DNA of 20,000 nucleotides from Deltaproteobacteria bacterium (GTDB lineage Bacteria; JAGRBM01; JAHCIT01): NCBI GenBank assembly GCA_026129095.1, contig JAHCIT010000006.1, positions 44,235 to 64,234 of the forward strand, read 5' to 3'. Shown piece by piece: positions 10,101 to 19,100 of this stretch (position 1 is its first letter; each line of letters starts with the position of its first letter). The notes under the pieces were generated by a model. It saw only the letters and a program-made list of their open reading frames with translations, ran no database searches and was not told where the DNA came from. The position numbers and the translations under genes were made by a program.

Positions 10101-13100
10101 TAGCCATCCCAGAGGCCGTCGAAATCGCTATCCGGCTCGTTTGGATCGGTACCGGGATCGGTCGCGCCGCCCCAGATGCCCGTGGCGCGTTCGATGAAAT
10201 CAGAGAGTCCGTCACCATCCGAATCCTGGTTGCCCGGATCGGTGCCGGTATCGGTCGAACTCACCCAGATGCCGGTGTTGGTTTCGTACGCGTCCGGGAT
10301 GCCGTCGCTGTCCGTATCCAGATAGCCCGCCGTGAAGGGGACCGTGTTCGAGTTCCACTCCGCCTCAACCAGATAGGTCGCCGGGTAGGTGACATCCAGT
10401 GTCAGGTAGATGGAACTCAGGCCGTCGCTGTCCGTGTAGTCAGGGATCGGTGCGCCCAGTATGCCCTCACCCAGGTTCGTCCAGGTAACCAGTTCGCCCG
10501 CGACACCGTTGCCAAACGCATCTGTCACGCGGACCACAAACGGGTCATCAAGTGTCAGGCCCGGATCGCCCGTCTGTGCGTCTCCGCCCACATAGGTGAC
10601 GTTCGACGCAGGACCCGGATTGACGTTCACCATGTAATCTGGCGGATCAAACGTAAGGCCCGGCACGCTCAGCTCGACGTTCTTGCTTCCGGACACCGTC
10701 ATGGAAATATCGTCAAAAGTGGCTTCGCCGTTTGTCGTGGGTTGCGTGACCGTGCCGTTCAGGCTGCCGGTTCCGCTGGTCAGTTCAACCGTGACGTCCA
10801 GGCCGTTGGTCGTGGACTGGTTGCCGTACTGGTCGGTGACCACACCCGTGAAGGTCGCCCAGTCTCCTCCGGCAGTTTCCGTGGGTGACGGGAACGTGCC
10901 GAACCGGACATAGGCGTCGGCACCTGGGGTCACGTCGAACGGATTGGAGATGGCCAGATCAAGCGGCGGGCTGGACGTCGCCAGCAGGGTGTAACCCGAT
11001 GCTGCAATATCCACGTGTGTATTCAGGAAGAAAACAAAACCGCCAGTAACAGTCTTCGGATTGATCGTCGTACTCAGGACAGCCATTCCACCCGTAGGAT
11101 CGTAATCGAAGGCCAGCGTCACCTCTGTCGAATAGTCATCAGCCACCAGGTTGCCATGCTGGTCATGCACCTGGACCGCCACTGACTGGCTCTGGTCAGC
11201 CGTGCGGCTGATGGGACCGGAGGTGAACGCCAGCCGGGCCGGTGCGCCGGGCGTGACATCGAACAGATTGGAGTCGTCATATGCCAGTCCCGGCGATGTC
11301 ACCCTCAGCATGTAGTTCGACCCCACCTTGTCCAGATGGACCTGGTTGAAGACGGCGAGGCCGTTCGTCGCGAACACCGGATTTGTCCCGGCTGAAAGCG
11401 TTGCAGCACCGGGGTTCCATTCGATCGCCAGCGTCACGAGCGGCGGCGGCGGATTACCGGAGCCGCCAAGGTCCACGGCGGGCAGGTTGTCGCCCATTGT
11501 GCCGCCTGTTCCACCCCGACCGATCACATCGCCAAGGCCAAGCTGACCCCAAGCATTGTGACCCCAGCATTTGAGATCGTGATTATCCAATATGGCGCAA
11601 TTACTCGAAAAACCCGATGCAAGGGCAAGAGCCGTCCGGCCGGACCCCAGATTCACCGCCGGAAGGTTATCGCCCATTTGACCAGGCGCATTACCGCGGG
11701 TTGTCGTATTACCAAGGCCCAGTTGGCCGGAGGCATTATCGCCCCAGCATTTCACGCTCCCGTTATCCAGCAAGACGCAGGTGTGGGAGCCCGAAACGGC
11801 AAGTCCTGTCACTGTCCTGCCAGTGCCAAGGCTAACCACTGGCAGGTTGTCACCCATTTCGCCAGGTCCGTCACCACGAGTGACGGTATCCTCAAGTCCA
11901 AGCTGCCCAGAAGGAGACCGGCCCCAGCACTTCAGATTCCCATCGTTAAGCAGGGCGCAACTGTGATCCTGTCCCGCGCCTACAGCAATCGCGGTCTTCC
12001 CGGCACCAAGGTCTACTGCGGGAAGATTGTCGCCCATTTCGCCGGGCCCGTCGCCACGATTGTCAGTATCGCCAAGACCGAGCTGGCCATAAAGGTTTAT
12101 GCCCCAGCACTTGACCTGTCCGTTGTCCAGCAGGGCACAGGTATGATTGGTGCCCAGTGCGACATCAACAACAGTCCGGCCAGTCCCCAGATTTACCGCA
12201 GGCAGGCTGTCGCCCATGTGTGCAGGCGATGAACCGCGCTGTCCTGCATCGCCCAGCCCTAGCTGGCCGGACCCATTTGTCCCCCAGCATTTTAGGCTCT
12301 TGTCGTTCATCACGGCACATGTATGGCCGGCATTGGAAGGTCCGGCCGCAATCTTCACCGCCGTAAGCCCGGTCCCCAAATTCACGAATGGCAGCGCATC
12401 GCCCATATGGGCAGGACTCGTACCCCGGTGCGTCGTGTCCCCCAGACCGAGACGGCCCTGATTGTTCGTGCCCCAGCATTTGACAGTTCCATCAACAAAC
12501 AAAACACACGAGTAGTCGGAACCAATGGCCGATTGCATAGCGGCCAATCCGGTTCCCAGATCCACGCCAGGCAGGTTATCGCCCATCTGGCCAGGACTAC
12601 CACCTCGGTTCACTGAATCACCAAGCCCCAGCGCACCATTGGTATTGTGGCCCCAGCACTTGAGTGAATGATCACTCATTACCGCACAGGTTCTAACACC
12701 GCTTCCGCCTCCAGAAACCGCCACCTGCACCGGCATCGGGCGGAACGGACCCGTCACATCGTTCCCGTAGGCATCCCGTACCTGGGCGCTGACCATCTGG
12801 GTGTCGTCGGCCGTGACCGTGATTGGCTGCTGGACAACGGCGAGTGCCGCCGGATCGCCCGGCGTGATGTCGAATGGATCGGAATCCGCCGTTCCGTAAG
12901 CGGGGACCGAGGACGCCCGCAGCGTGTAGCCAGACGACACCTTGTCCACCCACAGGCCGGTAAACTGGGCCACGCCGCCGGAAGCGGTCACGGGGTCGAA
13001 ATCGTAGGAGAGCGTCGCGCCCACCGGGTTGTTCATCAGTGTGAGCGAAACCTGGGTCGAGCTGTCCGAAAGCACCGTGTTCCCGTAGTCGTCATGAATC

Positions 13101-16100
13101 TCGACCTCCACGGACTGCAACGCCCCGGCGGCGCGGTTCGCCGGATGACCCGTGAAGGCGAGACTGTTTGCCAAGCCGTGCGTCACGTCGAACGGATCGG
13201 AGATCGCCAGATCAAGCGGCGGGCTGGACGTCGCCAGCAGGGTGTAGCCGGTGGCCGCCTTGTCCACATGGACATCCTGGAATACGGCGTATCCGCCGGA
13301 AACCGTCAGCGGATTCACAAGTGCCGTCAGGCTCGCAAACCCGCCCGTCGGGTCGTAATCGAATGCCAATGTCACTTCCGTCGTGGAGTCGTCGTCCACC
13401 AGATTACCGTACTGGTCGTGCACCGATACGCCGACGTCCGGATCCTGATCGGCGGTCCGGTTTGTGGGCTGCAGGAAGAACGCCAACTGGGCGGGAGCGC
13501 CGCGTGTAATGTTGAACAGGCTGGAGTCGTCATATGCCAGGCCGGGCGAGGTCACCCTCAGCATGTAGTTCGACCCCACCTTGTCCAGATGGACCTGGTT
13601 GAAGACGGCGAGGCCGTTCGCCGCATAGACCGGATTTTCCAGCGCCGTCAGAGCCGATCCGGCCGGGTTGACCTCGATCGCCAGCGTCACGAGCGGCGGC
13701 AGCGGATCACCCGAGCCGCCGAGGTCCACGGCGGGGAGAATGTCGCCCATGGTGCCGGGTGTAGCGCCACGAAGCAGCGCATCACCGAGGCCAAGCTGTC
13801 CGTTAAAATTGTATCCCCAGCATTTCACGGTCCTGTCGTCAAGAATCGCGCAACTGTGACCGGAACCTGCGGCCAGCCGGATCGCCGTCCGGCCCGTGCC
13901 GAGATTCACAACCGGAAGATTGTCGCCCATCTCGCCGGGGCCGTCACCGCGGTCTTGCATATCTTCAAGACCCAGCGCGCCGTTGGAGTTGCTCCCCCAG
14001 CATTTTACGGTCTCGTTATCGAGAAGCGCGCACGTGTGGCTGTTCCCCGACGCCAGCCTGGCCACGGCCCGGCCGGTACCCATATCCACGGACGGGAGGT
14101 TGTCGCCCATTTCACCCGGTCCATCGCCGCGATTCTGCGTGTCACCGAGACCCAGTTCGCCAAACAGGTTGCTCCCCCAGCACTTCAGAACCCCGTTATC
14201 CAGGACAGCACAGTTATGGACAACTCCTGACACCAGCTTAAGCACCGTCCTGCCAGTGCCCAGATCCAGAGCCGGGAGGTTGTCACCCATCTCCCCCGGT
14301 CCGTCGCCCCGATCATCCGTATCCCCAAGGCCCAGTTGGCCCCGATCGTTACGGCCCCAACACTTGGCACTACCGTTGTCGAGAACCGCACACGTGTGGC
14401 TGTCTCCCGCTTTCAACTGCACCGCCGTCCGGCCGGTACCGAGGTTCACAGCAGGGAGGCTGTCGCCCATCTCGCCGGGGCCGTCACCACGATCCTGCAT
14501 GTCTCCAAGGCCTAACGCGCCATTCAGGCTGCCTCCCCAGCACTTGACGGTCCCATTGTCGAGAATTGCGCAGGTGTGGCCAAAGCCTGCCGCCAGTTGG
14601 ACCGCCGTCCGGCCAGTGCCCAAGTCCACGGCCGGGAGACTGTCACCCATCTCGCCCGGTCCGTCGCCCCGGTTCTGGGTATCCCCAAGACCCAACTGGC
14701 CGCCAATGTTACGGCCCCAGCACTTTACGGTCCCATTATCGAGGAGTGCACAGGCATGGAAGTTGCCCATCGCCAGTTGGACCGCCGTCCGGCCAGTGCC
14801 AAGGTCCACGTCCGGGAGACTGTCACCCATCTCGCCCGGTCCGTCGCCCCGATCCTGCGTGTCTCCCAAGCCCAGCTGACCATGCTGATTGTGCCCCCAG
14901 CATTTCACGGCCCCGTTATCAATAATCGTACAGGTAAAGAAGCCACTTGCCGTCACCTGCGATGGCACGGGCCGGAACGGACCGGTCACCTGGTTGCCGA
15001 AGGCGTCCCGTATTTCAGCGCTGACCATCTGGGTGTCATCGGCCGTGACCGTCACCGGCTGCTGGATAAACAGGAGCTGGGCCGGATCGCCCGGCGTGAT
15101 GTCGAACGCGGCGGAGCTCATCGTCCGCGGACCCTGCTGGGCCTGGAGAACCTTCGAGCCGGTGATATCGATGCTCAGGCTGTCCCCAGGCACCCAGGAG
15201 GCAACGCCCGCCACTGGTGCCACGGTGACCGTGCCCGACAGGGAACCTGACCCGCTCCAGAGCGACAGCGTGATGTCGGCCACCGAATCCGGTCCGGTCG
15301 TGACCGTGTTGCCGTAGCCGTCACGCACCTCGACCACCGGCAGGAGCGGCGATCCGGCCTGCGTGGCTACCGGTTGCGTCGTGAAGGCCAGCGCCGACGC
15401 CACGCCGTGCGTGATATCGAAGGAACCGGAATCGGCGAAGGTCAGCCCGCCGGCCGTCGCCCGGAGGGTCTTCTGACCCGCCATGTCTATCGTGAGCGCA
15501 TGACCCACCGACCAGGTAGCGACACCGGCTGTCGCGGGTATTGACGTGTTTCCATTGAGCGCTCCTGTACCCGACTGGAGCGCGAGCGCGACCGTCAGGG
15601 TCGAATCGGGACCGGTCGTCACCGTGTTGTCGTACGCGTCCCGTATCTCGACTTCCGGAAGCAGGAAGCCCCCGGCTGCCGTGTTCACCGGCTGGACCGT
15701 GAAAACGACGTGGTCACCCGGACCATGAGTAATGTCGAAGGGATCCGAAACATCCGGGACCAGCGGCGGAACGGATGTCGCCTCCAGCGTGTAGCCAATG
15801 CCCGTCTTGTTCACATGAACGCTCAGGAACTCCACTTCGCCAGCCGAAGCGATCTTCGAGGGCCCGCCCGCGATGCTCAGTGTCGAGCCGCCGGGGTTGT
15901 CGTAGATCGCCAGCGTGATTTCCGTCGCGTTGTCGGTGGTGACGAGGTTCCCGAATGTATCCTCTATAAACACGGTGATGTTCTGGGTGATACCGGCCGA
16001 ACTGTTCGCCGGCGGGAACGGGAATGCCAGCCGGCTTGCTGCGTCAGGAACAATCGTAACAGGCAGCGGGTCCGAATCGCCCCCCGGCAGCGCCGGGGAA

Positions 16101-19100
16101 GTGACCTTGATGGATATCCCCTCGGCCACTTCATAACTGATGTCCGTGAAGTCCACGACGCCCGCGGTGGCGATACCGGATGTGGTCCCGGTCAGGTTGC
16201 TGATGCCTGAGTCCAGTTCCAGCAGGACCGTTGCCGTCGAGAAGATGCCGGTCGTGACCGTGTTGCCGTACGCGTCCTGGATCGCCGCGCTGAAACTGTC
16301 CCAGGTGACGCCCGCCGTGATCGGACCCATCTGGCCGGGGGCCGGAGCGACAAACCCGACCTGCGCGGCCGCGCCGTGGGTTATGTTGAACAGGTCCGAG
16401 TCGGCATCGGTCAGGCCCGGCGAGGTCACCCGCAGCCGGTAGCCGGAAGCCACCCTGTCCAGATGGACCTGGTTGAAGACGGCGAGGCCGTTCGTCGCGG
16501 GAACCGGATTTGTCTCGGCTGAAAGCGTCGAGCCGCCCGGGTTGTCTTGTAGAACCAGGGTAATGGCGGGAGCCGGAATACCCGTACCGCCAAGGTCCAC
16601 GGCGGGCAGGTTGTCGCCCATCTCACCGGGCTGGTCGCCGCGATGGGCAGTATCACCGAGGCCCAGCTGGCCATTGGCGTTTGCACCCCAGCATTTCACA
16701 TTGAAATTGTCGAGAATTGCACAGCTGGAGGCCGTATGCGCTGCCAATTTAGTCACTGTCCGGCCCGTGCCGAGGTCCAGGACAGGAAGGCTATCACCCA
16801 TCTCCCCAGGACCGTCACCACGGTCCACCATATCCCCAAGACCAAGCTGGCCATTGGTATTGTAACCCCAGCATTTTGTGGTCACATCATCAAGAACTGC
16901 GCAGGTATGGTAATAGCCCAATGACAGATGGGTAGCCGTTCGGCCGGCACCCAAATTCACGGATGGGAGACTGTCACCCATCTCACCAGGCCCATCACCT
17001 CGATTTGCCGTATCCCCAAGCCCCAGTTGTCCAGAGCTGTTCCACCCCCAGCATTTTACATCTCCGTTGTCGAGTATTGCGCAGGTATGACTTTGACCTG
17101 CCACCAGACTGATCGCAGTCCGGCCTGTGCCGAGAGACACGACCGGCAGATTATCACCCATCTCGCCACCGTTATCGCCCCGATGGGCCGTGTCGCCTAG
17201 ACCCAACTGGCCGTTAGTGTTGTTACCCCAGCACTTGACAGTCTGATTATCGAGAAGTGCGCAGGTATGGTATTGGCCTGCCACCAGACTGATCGCAGTC
17301 CGGCCTGTGCCGAGAACTACAGTGGGGAGGCTATCTCCCATTTCCCCCGGCCCAATTCCGCGATCCACCGTATCTCCGAGACCAAGCTGGCCATTTCCAG
17401 CTTCTCCCCAGCACTTGACAGTCTGATTATCGAGAAGTGCACAGGTATGATAGCTGCCCGCCGCCAGATCCATTGCAGTTCGGCCCGTTCCAAGATCAAC
17501 CGCGGGGAGATTGTCACTCATCTCGCCAGGGCCATCACCTCTGGTCACAAAATCACCGAGTCCCAACTGGCCGAAGCTGTTATTTCCCCAGCATTTAAGG
17601 GCCCCGTTATCGAGTATCGCGCAGGTATGATCGCTACCGGAAGCAAGCTTGATCGCAGTCCGGCCTGTACCTAGAGACACGGTCGGGAGATTATCACCCA
17701 TCTCGCCACCGTTATCGCCCCGGTGGGCCGTGTCGCCCAGACCCAGCTGGCCGTTAGTGTTGTAACCCCAGCACTTGACGTTGCCGTTACTGAGAAGGAC
17801 GCAATAGCGGTGAAAACCCGCCGCCACCTGCACCGGCACCGGCCGGAACGGACCGGTCACGTCGTTCCCGTAGGCGTCCTGAACCTGGGCGCTGACCATC
17901 TGGGTGTCGTCGGCCGTGACCGTGATTGGCTGCTGGACAAAGGCAAGCTGGGCCGGATCGCCTACCGTGATGTCGAACGCGGCGGAGCTCATCGTCCGCG
18001 GACCCTGCTGGGCCTGGAGAACCTTCGAGCCGACAATGGCGATGTTCAGGCTGTCCCCAGGCACCCAGGAGGCAATGCCCGCCGACGGCGCCTTGGTAAC
18101 GGTGCCTGACAGCACACCCGAACCGCTCCAGAGCGACAGGGTGATGTCGGCCACCGCATCCGGGCCGGTCGTGACCGTGTTGCCATAGCCATCACGCACC
18201 TCGACCACCGGCAGGAGCGGCGATCCGGCCTGCGTGGTTACCGGCTGCGTCGTGAAGACGAGCGCCGATGCCGCGCCGTGGGTAATGTCAAAGTAGTCCG
18301 ACGAGGCAGGCGTGAGCGGCGGAGATGAAAGTGCTTCCAGCGCGTATCCGGTAAATGCCTTGTCAATATGGACGCTGGAGAACACCGCTATGCCCGCCGA
18401 AACCGTCACCGGATTTACCGCCACATCCAGCGTGGCCGCGCCGCCGCTCGGATCGATATCGAACCCCAGCGTGATCTCGGTCGCAAAGTCGGTATCCACA
18501 AGGTTGTCATGGAAGTCCCGGACCTCCACTTCCACGCTCTGGCTCTGGTCGGTCGTGCGGTTGCCCGGCTGGGTGACGAACGCCATCCGGTCCGGAACAC
18601 CGGGAGTGATGTCGAAGGGATCGGTTACATCACTTCCGAGACCGGAAGCCGTTGCTTCCAGCGTGTATCCGGAGCCTGTCCTGTTCAGTGCCACCGAGAC
18701 GAAGGTCGCGCTGCCGCCCGTGGCCATCACCGGATTGGCGGACACACTGAGAGTTGAGCCGCCCGGATTGTCGAAGATGGCGAGGGTGATTTCGGTCGTG
18801 TTGTCCGAGGAAGCCAGGTTGCCGTACCCGTCCCGCACCTCGACCGTGAGGGACTGGGAGTTGTCCGTCGAGCGATTAACAGGCTGTGAGAAGAAGACCA
18901 GGTGATCGGCCGCGCCGTGCGTGATATCGAAAGAACCCGATGTCGCGGGCAGCAGCAGCGGCGGCACCGCATCGGCGCGCAGGGTGTAACCCACGCCCGC
19001 CTTATCCAGCCGGACATCAACAAAATCCACCAGACCGGCATCCGCCGTTTCCGGATTGACAATCACCGAGAGCGAGGACGCACCGGGGTTATCCTGGATT

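Noticed and set aside
13896-14879. 327-aa Pro/Ser/Arg-rich repetitive ORF (GRLSPISPGPSPR repeats)
   Set aside because: It is an off-frame antisense reading of the 180-bp RCC1 blades.
1680-17740. Many RGD tripeptides as integrin-binding motifs
   Set aside because: RGD is part of the blade framework consensus (RGDxxGEMGD). Nothing in the sequence supports a eukaryotic integrin target.
17111-17779. Near-identical pairs as a diversity-generating retroelement TR/VR
   Set aside because: The mismatches are not confined to adenines of one copy, both copies are in-frame coding blades, and there is no reverse transcriptase in the window.
13715-17832. Regularly spaced DNA repeats as a CRISPR-like or non-coding array
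   Set aside because: The period is 180 bp (a multiple of 3), the repeats are degenerate in a codon-like way, and they translate to RCC1 blades. There is no repeat-spacer structure and no cas gene.
11435-17850. Inserted domains as inteins or mobile elements
   Set aside because: There are no Hint-domain splice motifs (N-terminal C/S, C-terminal HN), endonuclease or transposase sequence, or terminal repeats. The inserts are plain propellers.
612-19062. Short minus-strand ORFs in the other two frames
   Set aside because: They overlap the giant CDS out of frame and show no recognisable motifs.
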